The notes beneath the pieces are model-generated. The model was not told the origin of the DNA. It saw nothing but the letters and a program-made list of their open reading frames with translations, and searched no databases. DNA of 64,000 nucleotides from a virus: IMG/VR virus record IMGVR_UViG_3300045988_123906; one strand, 5' to 3'. Positions 55,723 through 64,000 of the stretch are shown in pieces. The position numbers were made by a program, and so were the translations under genes. Numbering within the stretch: position 1 is the first letter of the stretch; each line of letters opens with the position of its first letter.

Positions 55723-56149
55723 TTGCCCACAAAATTGCCCACATTTGAATTCTCGTGGGCAAAACGTGGGCAAAATACGCATCTTTTTGCGTTAAGTAAC
55801 GATGCTACGACAATTCACTATTGCAGGCAAAGGATGAGGCCCGTCATGGCCGCGGCTTCGAGGGCCTGCTGAAGCGCTACTTCAACGTGGAGCTGTAACG
55901 AAAAAAGCTAAAAAATACAATTGCAGAACGCAAGTTTTGCCGTTGGTCATAGGATAATCTGTTCAAATCTGTTCTTAACTGTTTTTATCGGTTGAGAACA
56001 GATTTTTTTGTTATGTGGGCAAATCGTGGGCAAAGACCTTTGATTTGACCAGTTTTGACCTCTTTTTCAAACCTTGCCCACAAAAAGCTTGAAAGTTGGC
56101 TTGTGGCCTAGAAAAATCATGGGTGGGAAAATTCGCCATTGTGGGCAAA
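55723..56149. repeat. attP region: eight copies of a 9-bp arm-type motif GTGGGCAAA / TTGCCCAC flanking a GC-rich core
   Basis: TTGCCCAC at 55723, 55735, 56074. GTGGGCAAA at 55755, 55766, 56015, 56026, 56141. The two tandem pairs are spaced 11 bp. Confidence 0.7.
55969..56009 (+). terminator. rho-independent terminator following a host-gene-like 3' fragment in the attP core
   Basis: CTGTTCTTAAC-loop-GTTGAGAACAG (11 bp) followed by TTTTTTT. Confidence 0.65.
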
Positions 56150-56222
56150 TCGTTGACACCAAACATCGGCCATGATAGAATCAAGTCAGATGAATAGACT
56201 AAGTGAGCAAAGGAGTGATATC

Positions 56223-57536
56223 ATGGGTACTATTAGAAAAAGAGGCGACAAGTGGTCGTATCGAGTTGACCTTGGCGCTGTCAATGGTAAGCGTGTGCAG
56301 AAAGAGAAAGGCGGCTTTGCCACAAAGAAAGAAGCGGCTGCCGCAATGACTATTGTAGAAAATGAACTGCTTAAAACAGGTGAATATGTAGAAGCAGAAC
56401 AAAAAATTACAATGCAACAACTATACGAAGAATTCATTGAAGAGGAGGCTCCGCTGACTCGAAAATATACAACCATTGTTCGCTACAAGTCACTTTATAG
56501 AAATCAAATAGAGCCTGAATTTGCTTCAAACTATCTGTATCAAATTACAACTGAACGAATTCAAAAATTCATCAACTATAAAGTTAAAGAAGAGAAAAAT
56601 AAAATGTATGGTCATTCTGAACAAGGGCTAAGTGCGGCTTATGTTCGCAGTGTTTATAATTTCCTTCTTGTGTTATTTGCTCTTGCAAAGAAAAAGAAGT
56701 ATATCAAAACCAACCCAATGGACGATGTGACTCCGCCAAAAGACTATCGTGCGTATGGCAAGGAGATAAGATATTATACTCAGCCACAAATCGAATGGAT
56801 GGATAAACGATTTCAGTCAACAAATCTATACACGGCTTACCAACTTGGTTTATATCTCGGTGTTCGTGTTGGAGAGTGCTTTGCACTGCGATTCAGCGAT
56901 ATAGACTGGGACAATAAAACCATTCAAGTTGGGTGTCAGCTTCAATTCCAAGATAAAGTATGGAGCCTTGTCTATCCTAAAACACCAAACTCTTTGCGCA
57001 GTATAAAAATGAATCAAAAACTAATCGACTATCTGAAAGCCCTTCAAAATAAATACGCAGAGAATAAAGAGCTGTTTGGTGCTGGCTGGAAGGGAAGTAA
57101 CAAGGTCATGGATCGTCGTCCAGAGTTTTATGGGAAGCCAGCTGTGTTAATTACCGTTGATGATTTTATCAATGTTAAACCAAACGGCGAAATGTATGTG
57201 ACCAGCTCTGATAAAACTCTTGCTCGCATTTGTAAGAGAGAAGCTGGATTTGATTTTAAATTTCACTATCTCCGTCACACCCATGCTACCATTCTTGCAA
57301 GTAAGGGAGTCAATCCTCGATATGTTATGGAACGTTTAGGGCATGGCAAGATTGATGTTACTCTTAAATACTATACTCATATCACAGATGAGATGCACGA
57401 ACAAGTTGCAGCTATTATGGATACGGTTATGGGAGAACAGGAGGTCTTTGATAGAAATAATAAAATCAAGGACGGAGAAGATATTTCTGAAATGGCAATT
57501 CTTCCGGATACAGAAGATAATGATGAAAAAGAATGA
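56223..57536 (+). CDS. int: phage integrase, tyrosine recombinase
   Basis: Arm-binding N-terminus MGTIRKRGDKWSYRVDLG. Catalytic GVRVGECFALRFSDID, HYLRHTHAT, LGHGKIDVTLKYYTH. Confidence 0.9.
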   Translation: MGTIRKRGDKWSYRVDLGAVNGKRVQKEKGGFATKKEAAAAMTIVENELLKTGEYVEAEQKITMQQLYEEFIEEEAPLTRKYTTIVRYKSLYRNQIEPEFASNYLYQITTERIQKFINYKVKEEKNKMYGHSEQGLSAAYVRSVYNFLLVLFALAKKKKYIKTNPMDDVTPPKDYRAYGKEIRYYTQPQIEWMDKRFQSTNLYTAYQLGLYLGVRVGECFALRFSDIDWDNKTIQVGCQLQFQDKVWSLVYPKTPNSLRSIKMNQKLIDYLKALQNKYAENKELFGAGWKGSNKVMDRRPEFYGKPAVLITVDDFINVKPNGEMYVTSSDKTLARICKREAGFDFKFHYLRHTHATILASKGVNPRYVMERLGHGKIDVTLKYYTHITDEMHEQVAAIMDTVMGEQEVFDRNNKIKDGEDISEMAILPDTEDNDEKE

Positions 57537-57576
57537 TTGATTCTATAAGGCGTGGGGCAACCTGCGTCTTTTTTGT

Positions 57577-57605
57577 TTGCTATCGCTTACAGCCTGTGAT
57601 ATAAT
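57577..57605 (+). promoter_or_regulatory. strong sigma70-like promoter with extended -10, downstream of int
   Basis: TTGCTA (57577-57582), 17-nt spacer with TGa, TATAAT (57600-57605). Precedes the ORF at 57635. Confidence 0.55.
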
Positions 57606-57634
57606 ATAATCAAAGAAAAACGGAGGCGAGAACT

Positions 57635-57988
57635 ATGACGAATCCTTCTGTGAACTACGAAGCCAAAAAGAGGATCGTACAGGCCGGCGAAAGCCGCATA
57701 TGTAACAACTGGGTCGAACACACAGATATCACGCCACAGGACTTCCTAGACGCCTTAGAATGGGTGTGCGAAGATCCGTTTGATGAAGAAGGTCGTATCA
57801 CTCGCGAAATCGGTCTGGAACAGAATAGAATCGTCCGCCTTCAAGTTTTTAGAGACGATAGTACCGGCCTTATGAGTCTTGTGGATATCGAAGTGTTGAA
57901 GAAGCCATTACCGCATCGTTGGGAAGGCGCATGGTTTGCTGACGGATTCTATCGCAAGATTTTGTTATCTGCAAAAGAACGGGTATGA
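57635..57988 (+). CDS. hypothetical protein (moron-like position)
   Basis: 117-aa ORF with CGGAGG RBS, own promoter. Confidence 0.55.
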   Translation: MTNPSVNYEAKKRIVQAGESRICNNWVEHTDITPQDFLDALEWVCEDPFDEEGRITREIGLEQNRIVRLQVFRDDSTGLMSLVDIEVLKKPLPHRWEGAWFADGFYRKILLSAKERV

Positions 57989-58011
57989 AATAAATCAGGA
58001 GGATATCAACG

Positions 58012-58527
58012 ATGACTATGTGTGAGAAGCTCGGTTTCAAATCTGTAGTGCAATACAAAGGTGTCTCCATGAACGTTGATATGGATGCTGTTGTAGAAGA
58101 AGCCGAGAGACAAATTAAAAAACAACACGATCGCGACGTAGAACTATCAAAAGGCACAGGCATTGTTGACCCATACTCTCATTATAGTGACGAAATGATG
58201 TATCAGCTGGCGTATGAAGCTATCACTTGGAAGATGCTTAGTGCCGAAGCAAAGCGACAGTTTGATGCGACTGGTGAATATGACTATATTGATGCTCTTG
58301 AACCAATGTCTATGGAAAAAGAAGATGCTATTATTAAAGCGCTTCGAAATCTTCGCAAGCAATATGTCATGTACGAGTTAAATCGTGATACTCCTGAGCA
58401 CGAACAAAATTATTTTGAATATAAAGCGAGACATGACCATCTTTGTGAGCTAAGAAAACCATTTGTAATGCGGAAAGACCCGAACTGGATGTATAAGCTT
58501 GGGCCACTACCTGAAGAGGAAAAGTAA
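58012..58527 (+). CDS. hypothetical protein
   Basis: 171-aa ORF with AGGAGGA RBS. Confidence 0.55.
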   Translation: MTMCEKLGFKSVVQYKGVSMNVDMDAVVEEAERQIKKQHDRDVELSKGTGIVDPYSHYSDEMMYQLAYEAITWKMLSAEAKRQFDATGEYDYIDALEPMSMEKEDAIIKALRNLRKQYVMYELNRDTPEHEQNYFEYKARHDHLCELRKPFVMRKDPNWMYKLGPLPEEEK

Positions 58528-58528
58528 T

Positions 58529-59128
58529 ATGAAACCAGATGGTAGCCGTCCAGCTAAAACTAAAAGATGCGATAAAAAACGTAGCGAATCTATTCTAAAA
58601 AAGCGCAGAGAACAATATATCGGCTCTGTCATAAACGGATGGAAGATAACCGACGTTTATAAAAAAGAAGGAGAACGAGATTATTTTTGTACTGGGCTTT
58701 GCCCTTTATGTAATCGTCCAGCAGAGATGCGTTTGTCTCAAGTGAAGAAAATCAACAAGTGTATGAAATGCACGAATAATATTGCTAAACCTGCTGAGGC
58801 AATTAAAAAGATATCAAACGTAGACGGTTCCAGCTTGACATCTATAAAGGCACGACTCGAAGGAAAGGTAAATCGTAATTCGACTACTGGCGTGACAGGT
58901 GTTTGCAAAGATGGTAACAAGTATAAAGCGACAATAACATTTAAAGGTAGACGAATCCACCTCGGCATGTATGAAGATATTAACGATGCAATCAAAGCTC
59001 GAAAAGAAGCTGAGAAGATGATATACCAAAAATATATTGATCAGCATCCTAATTGGGAACAAGAAATGAAGGAAGCTCTTAAAGCAATGAAAGGTGACAA
59101 CTCCAATGAACAATCCGGTAATACTTGA
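58529..59128 (+). CDS. AP2-domain DNA-binding protein with N-terminal zinc ribbon
   Basis: GVTGVCKDGNKYKATITFKGRRIHLGMYEDINDAIKARKEAE is an AP2/ERF-type domain. CPLCN...CMKC ribbon. Confidence 0.6.
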   Translation: MKPDGSRPAKTKRCDKKRSESILKKRREQYIGSVINGWKITDVYKKEGERDYFCTGLCPLCNRPAEMRLSQVKKINKCMKCTNNIAKPAEAIKKISNVDGSSLTSIKARLEGKVNRNSTTGVTGVCKDGNKYKATITFKGRRIHLGMYEDINDAIKARKEAEKMIYQKYIDQHPNWEQEMKEALKAMKGDNSNEQSGNT

Positions 59129-59321
59129 TATCGCACTTGGTTTTATTCTACACAAACATAGCCGGGATGAATTCGGTCGTAAAAATAATAAAGCACAGGC
59201 TATCCGTGAGATGTCAGATGATGAGCTGGCAGCACTCTTAAATGAACTCGTAGCACAACAAGATAACTGCCCACGCACAGTAAGCGGCTGGAAAGAATGG
59301 TTATCTGAGAAAATAAAATAA
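59094..59321 (+). CDS. hypothetical protein
   Basis: 75-aa ORF overlapping the previous gene's end. Start uncertain. Confidence 0.4.
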   Translation: MTTPMNNPVILDIALGFILHKHSRDEFGRKNNKAQAIREMSDDELAALLNELVAQQDNCPRTVSGWKEWLSEKIK

Positions 59322-59373
59322 AATGCTAAAAAATGGGGTACCAGTCCAATTACGGATTGATACCCCATTCGTT

Positions 59374-59610
59374 TTATATCAGCTCAATATCACTCGGCTC
59401 TACATAGCCCGACACATTCACTGAGATTGGGTACTTGCCGATGCGGCTCTCAAGATTCGTCACTCGATAACGCCCGTTCACAAGTTTCCCATCAAAAATA
59501 TACCATTCACCAGAGCGGCGCATACCGCAGTGTGTTTGGCTGTTTGAAAATAATATTCCGTCTAATTTAATTTTGTCTCCTGCACGAAATGTATTCTGGT
59601 TATCTGCCAT
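59374..59610 (-). CDS. small SH3-like/cell-wall-binding-like protein downstream of the endolysin (tentative)
   Basis: 78 aa from ATG 59610 (TGATG overlap with the endolysin stop). Beta-rich GEWYIFDGKLVNGRYRVTN. Confidence 0.45.
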   Translation of the reverse strand: MADNQNTFRAGDKIKLDGILFSNSQTHCGMRRSGEWYIFDGKLVNGRYRVTNLESRIGKYPISVNVSGYVEPSDIELI

Positions 59611-60257
59611 CAAAACGAACCCCATGTAGCAGGCCCACAGATGCCATCTGCAGCCAGCCCGTGTCCTTTCTGATACTCAATCAGCTTCGCCTTGGTATTC
59701 GCGCCAAAAATGCCGTCAGCCTTAACACCAAGATGCCGTTGCAGTACAGTTACAGCATAAGAAGCGCCATTCATAGCGTCTTTCGCACCCTGTCTGATAG
59801 TCGGCATAAGATTTGCTACACTGATATATTTCGTGCCAGATTTACTGATCCAGCGGCTGCGTGTGGTGCGCACATCAACATGAACAAAGCCGCTCGTAAG
59901 CACAGCACGGCTATAATATCCAATACCACCACTCTTTGCAAAGTATGGCAGGGAAGATACATACAGTGCGATCCGAATCGGGTCAACGCCTTTGATCCAG
60001 ATATCAGCGGCAGTTCCTTTACAATGTTGGCTACGAGGGCTTCCACCGATTGAGATGTTATAGGCAGGAGTACGATACCCAGAGTTGATGTGGACAGGAG
60101 CGCCAAAGTGAGCGCGGATCTGTTCCAGCACCTCAATCAGCTGACTATCAACCAGAACTGTATCACTCTTATCGGAGCAGGCGAACTCATAGACGGAAAA
60201 ATGAGCCGAAACCTTTTTGTTCTAGTCCTTCTTCATAGAGTATGTAATAACACCCAT
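59610..60257 (-). CDS. endolysin: peptidase M15 (YcbK/VanY-like) plus PG_binding_1 domain, with in-frame TAG at codon 12 (60222-60224)
   Basis: MGVITYSMKKD*NKKVSAHFSVYEFACSD...INSGYRTPAYNISIGGSPRSQHCKGTAADI...HVDV, C-terminal DGIFGANT..LAADGICGPAT. The conserved FSxxEFxC block lies between the TAG and the first alternative start (GTG 60131). Confidence 0.8.
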
Positions 60258-60269
60258 TTCATCACACCT

Positions 60270-60590
60270 TCAATTCTTTTTGAACTCGTCCTTGATTTTA
60301 TCGTTCTGGATGTCCATCTCTTTGACAGCGGCCTCAATCATGGTCTCAATGGTCGGAGTGATCTTCACACCCAGACGCTCCAGAGCTTCCATAACGTATT
60401 TCTTCTTGTCGGCTTTTTCGATAGCGCCGGTTGCGCCCAGCTTCTCTGCAGCACGAACAGCGATCTGCACCAGCTTGTATACGCCGATCTTTTTCAGATA
60501 GGGAATACCATAGGCCATAAAGGCAGTACCAGCGCCAGCAATAACAAGGCGGACGATAACAGAAACCAGCTCATTGATAATATCCATCAT
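60270..60590 (-). CDS. holin (LL-H-like, tentative)
   Basis: GGAGG RBS then ATGATG 60590. One N-terminal TM, then AVRAAEKLGATGAIEKADKKKYV...IEAAVKEM, as remembered for LL-H-family holins. Directly upstream of the endolysin. Confidence 0.55.
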   Translation of the reverse strand: MMDIINELVSVIVRLVIAGAGTAFMAYGIPYLKKIGVYKLVQIAVRAAEKLGATGAIEKADKKKYVMEALERLGVKITPTIETMIEAAVKEMDIQNDKIKDEFKKN

Positions 60591-60604
60591 AATAAACCTC
60601 CAAA

Positions 60605-60634
60605 ATAAAAAAGCCCGGGACACGTAGTCTCGGG
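60605..60634 (-). terminator. rho-independent terminator (minus strand)
   Basis: 8-bp stem 60614-60621 / 60627-60634 with loop ACGTA. The A-run on the + strand (60605-60612) gives a U-run on the - strand. Confidence 0.55.
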
Positions 60635-61138
60635 TTAGTTCGTAATATTCTTTGTGTTGTTCTGACCATCGATCAAATAGTTCTCAAGTGCAGCCTTGGC
60701 CTCTTTCATTGGCTCGATCGCGTTGCCGTCGATGCCGTGACTGAGGAGTGCAAGCAGAGCCTTCATGGTGACATTGTTGCCTTGCTCGCTGTGACTGATA
60801 CGCTGTTCTGATTCGAGAATTTTACGGTCATGTACTTCCAGCGTGATACTGTTTTCTTTCTGGTGCTCTTCTAATGAGACCAGCTTGGATTGAAACAAGT
60901 CGAGCCTGTCTTTATCTGCACCTAGTTTTCTATTGATCTTCTCAAGCTCTGCATCGTGGGCATTCAGTCGCTCGTTCTGCTTGTCATCCGGGGCTTTCGC
61001 ATGATTGATTGCCTTGATGATAACAGCAATAGCGGCTGAAATAGCAGTGATGCCACCACAGATGCTCAGTAACATGGTCTACAGCTGCTGTATGGTAAAA
61101 GAATAGACGTGAGGTGCGGCATTCAAACTTCCTATCAT
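60635..61138 (-). CDS. membrane-anchored coiled-coil protein, possibly starting at ATG 61138 and reading through TAG 61079-61081
   Basis: ATG 61138 overlaps the upstream TGA (ATGA) and has GGTGGTGAG upstream. The track start, ATG 61075, has no SD and sits two codons after an in-frame TAG. Confidence 0.5.
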
Positions 61139-61290
61139 GTCTTCTCACCACCATTCGTACCACTGTCTGTGTTTTTGGCTTTCAGTGTTTTATTGATCTC
61201 GGTCAGCTGTGTAACAATAGCGTTCAGTGCTGTCACGATTTCTTTGCCTGTTTCGTCTAATAACAGCGGCTTTAAGATTTCCTGCGCCAT
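61135..61290 (-). CDS. small hypothetical protein
   Basis: AAAGGAGGA RBS then ATG 61290. 51 aa. Confidence 0.5.
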   Translation of the reverse strand: MAQEILKPLLLDETGKEIVTALNAIVTQLTEINKTLKAKNTDSGTNGGEKT

Positions 61291-61441
61291 AATTCCTCCT
61301 TTCAATTGACAAATTACTATCAACGTGATATAGTGAGAGCAGTACAAACCCTCCATCGGGCTAGTACGACCTCATTTCTATGAGTTGTTGCATGAGTTAG
61401 AGTCTCTGTGATGTAGCCATCGTCACAGGGGCTCTTTCTCT

Positions 61442-61897
61442 TTATGTGCGTTTTCCGCCATCACATACAGTACGCCAGTGATAATGCGGGCGCTCTTCAT
61501 GGAATAGAACATAACGCAGCCAGTCATCAACAAAAATGCAAAGCAGCGCAAGGAAGAACCATAACACTGTAAACGGCAGGCAAATTTGGCCCAACAGATT
61601 GAACGGTAGGGAAGAGTAGTCCCAAATATGCAGGCCAAGCATCAAATTCAGTGGGACACCCACCACAAGCTCCATAGCAGTCACAAAGAGCGCTCCAATA
61701 CCAGCCTGTTTCCAGAGCGGCATTTCCCAGGGAATATAATTGTTCAGCCCACCGATCACAAGAAAGCAGATGCCACCGACAACGGCCATCGTCCAATGAG
61801 AGTGCCCGCGCCACAGAATCTCAATGCAATAATAAAGGCACCCTCCGATCAAAAAGAGGATGCCGCATTTGATTAGTTCACGAAGTTTGTTGCTCAT
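61442..61897 (-). CDS. multi-pass membrane protein (DUF1113-like, tentative)
   Basis: Four hydrophobic helices. CIEILWRGHSHWTM and HIWDYSSLPFNLLGQICL resemble that family as I remember it. Confidence 0.55.
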   Translation of the reverse strand: MSNKLRELIKCGILFLIGGCLYYCIEILWRGHSHWTMAVVGGICFLVIGGLNNYIPWEMPLWKQAGIGALFVTAMELVVGVPLNLMLGLHIWDYSSLPFNLLGQICLPFTVLWFFLALLCIFVDDWLRYVLFHEERPHYHWRTVCDGGKRT

Positions 61898-62379
61898 TCG
61901 GTCACATCCTTATCTGCGTTAAGATCCAGATATTCTGCCAGTACAGCATCATAACTGATTTCAATAGCGTCTACCTCTGCACTGGTCGTACATGCCTTGA
62001 TGCCAATCTCTAATTCCTGCTGATGAGAGACAAAGGGCTTCACATACACACCAATCGCCAGTGCTAAAGCGGCCAGATCGTCATAAGTCCACTCCACACA
62101 TTCATCGCCGGTAGAATTCCATGTCAGTTTAAAAGGCTGCCCGGCGGCTGTAGAGATCTGATATAGGGCAAGATTGCTTGTAAGAAGAGCTTGCTTCTCG
62201 CTGGTGACACTGTAATACTTGCCATCTGTCCACTGAATTGGATGCAGAGACAGGAAGGTGGAGAGAGCGATTTTTGACTGGGATATTTTACTTGTTTTGA
62301 GAGATTCAAGCTTCATATCCTCTGAAGGAACTGGTTCGTGCTGTTGTACTTCATAACAGTCATCTAAATCAGCAATCAT
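61894..62379 (-). CDS. tail-fiber-associated protein (DUF4376-like, tentative)
   Basis: 161 aa. The ATG immediately follows the TAG of the upstream ORF, in the same frame. Confidence 0.55.
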   Translation of the reverse strand: MIADLDDCYEVQQHEPVPSEDMKLESLKTSKISQSKIALSTFLSLHPIQWTDGKYYSVTSEKQALLTSNLALYQISTAAGQPFKLTWNSTGDECVEWTYDDLAALALAIGVYVKPFVSHQQELEIGIKACTTSAEVDAIEISYDAVLAEYLDLNADKDVTE

Positions 62380-62616
62380 CTAGTAATAATCACCAGACAC
62401 CGCAGTCTCGTTATGTTTTGTCACGGCGGCAACAACAACACTATACACGTCACATTCTGCTTGTATTTCAACGGGCTTCTTTACCTGATAGCCAATTATA
62501 ATATCTTCAATAGAGGGAAGAATAGGTGGTTCTTCTGCTGGCTTGCTAGGGGTTTCGCTTGGTGCTTCTGTCTCCTCATTCTTTTCGATTTCTTTCATTT
62601 CATCCATATATATCAC
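62380..62616 (-). CDS. hypothetical protein ending in TAG, in frame with the next ORF
   Basis: AGAGGTG RBS then ATG 62616. The stop TAG (62380-62382) abuts ATG 62379. Confidence 0.5.
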   Translation of the reverse strand: MIYMDEMKEIEKNEETEAPSETPSKPAEEPPILPSIEDIIIGYQVKKPVEIQAECDVYSVVVAAVTKHNETAVSGDYY

Positions 62617-62619
62617 CTC

Positions 62620-63921
62620 TTACTTCCATCGTCCAATTGCAATATATTCCATCGTATTATTTTCACTTCGCAGAATAACACCAGTGGTTGATTTACCGCC
62701 AATTGCATAGTTTTCCCAGCTGCTACTTTTCCATTCACTCATACCAATGCGATAATCTGTGTTGGCAAAAGCTGCGCCAAAACTAGAAAATGAGTTATTG
62801 CCACATGAACCCCAGCATATCTGAGTTCCATCATCGAAACGAACGTAATTCTAGCCAGAGGCGGAGACGCCATTTCCTAACCAACTTTTCAAAATATCCT
62901 TATCAACGTCCTTGATCTTCGTGCCATTGTCTGTGTAGCCTGCAATATAGTTTAAATTTGAAGTTGTAAGACCAGCGCCAGCGAAACCGATTCGAATGGT
63001 TCTGCCACTATCGTTGTAATCCGTAACTCCAGTGGTAGCGATGGTAGCGTTCCCGTCTATATTCGCTGTAATTGTAGCAGGTTGTCCTGTCGCTTTAATG
63101 ACATCTAACGTACCATCGTCATAAGCAACCATACGAATATTGTAATCTTTGTAATTATCACCAATATCTTCTGTATGGAAATCAACGTATTTACCAACTT
63201 CTATAACACCATCATCACCAACTGCAGGAATTACATTCCAATAACCTGCACTTCTCGAACTGACATCGTAACCTTTCAATTTCATTGCATTCAGCGCATC
63301 ACCACCCGGTTCGGTAGAACCAGCGTAATTATGTGTATGTCCAACAGCAGCATATAACGTATCCGTCCTACTTTTGATCCAGTTCCATAAAGCAGCCAGT
63401 GGTCTACGGGTATACTTCGTGGTAGCACTACCATCATCACTTGTAACTATAGCGCCAACCATAACAGTGTCAGCATCTTCAACAGCGTCAGCACTCGTCT
63501 CCAATGTATCTACCAATTCACCCAAGTCATGCGTATGATCGGCAGGGGAGACACCCTCTGCGGCCAACTCTTCACTCGTCATTTTATCTGCTGTCGCTAC
63601 ATGGCCTGTATTATCAACACTGATGCGATATAGTCCAGCCTGTTTTGCTTCGTATACCGGGTGAGTATAATTGTTAGCTCCAGCTTCAATGCCATCCAGC
63701 TTTGCTTTATCAGCCGAGCTCATCAAACCATTGTTTTCAGTAGTAGCTATATTAGGGTCGCCTAAACTAGCAAGCTTCTTTTTTTCTTCTGTTGTATAGT
63801 CGTTGCTAGACAGGCCGAATCCTTCGATTTTATCTACCTTTGTACCGAGCATAGCCTCGATCGTTTTCCAGAGGTGAACCGCACCAGCTCTGTCTAGCCA
63901 ACTTTTTTTTTCATCGTTCAT
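62620..63921 (-). CDS. tail fiber / receptor-binding protein with in-frame TAG (62851-62853) before the C-terminal domain
   Basis: N-terminal LSSNDYTTEEKKKL / LMSSADKAKLDGIEAGAN repeats. After the TAG the frame stays open for 76 codons (NYVRFDDGTQICWGS...FGAAFANT...TTGVILRS...EYIAIGRWK) to TAA 62620-62622, with no start codon near its beginning. Confidence 0.75.
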
Positions 63922-64000
63922 CGATATGTGATCGCCTCCTTATAAAATATTTTTATTTGCGATGCGTTATTTATATCAGTCTGCGGAATTTGAATGTGAA

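Noticed and set aside
1-64000. The window as an integrated prophage with host flanks
   Set aside because: There are no host housekeeping genes at either end. Phage genes continue on both sides of an intact attP-like site, so attL/attR are not expected here.

Overview
This window reads as about 64 kb of a temperate dsDNA phage from a low/mid-GC, Gram-positive-like host (AGGAGG-type RBSs). It is not integrated, because an intact xis-attP-int region lies inside phage genes. Bases 1-59,300 are + strand early/middle genes, in this order: a JAB/E1-like cluster; a retron-like reverse transcriptase flanked by two paralogous structured non-coding elements; a seven-copy tandem family of ~90-aa proteins split by a tyrosine recombinase; an NAD+ salvage/reconstitution island; and accessory enzymes. 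Next come a tRNA/ncRNA island with 10 tRNA-like genes including an amber suppressor tRNA(CUA), a membrane module (ABC permease, PspA-like, SBP-OmpA fusion), a replication module (SSB-like, DnaB, primase, Cas4-like nuclease, Pol III alpha, ERCC4 nuclease, ligase) and nucleotide metabolism (ThyX, NrdDG, Dut, FolD). Bases 59,374-64,000 are - strand late genes (lysis cassette, tail fiber). The strongest signal is TAG decoding. The endolysin, tail fiber, a GIY-YIG endonuclease and one paralog carry in-frame TAG codons inside conserved sequence. Nearly all called genes stop at TAA or TGA, and a canonical tRNA with anticodon CUA is encoded. All calls come from reading motifs by eye. No database search, tRNA scanner or RNA folding was run.
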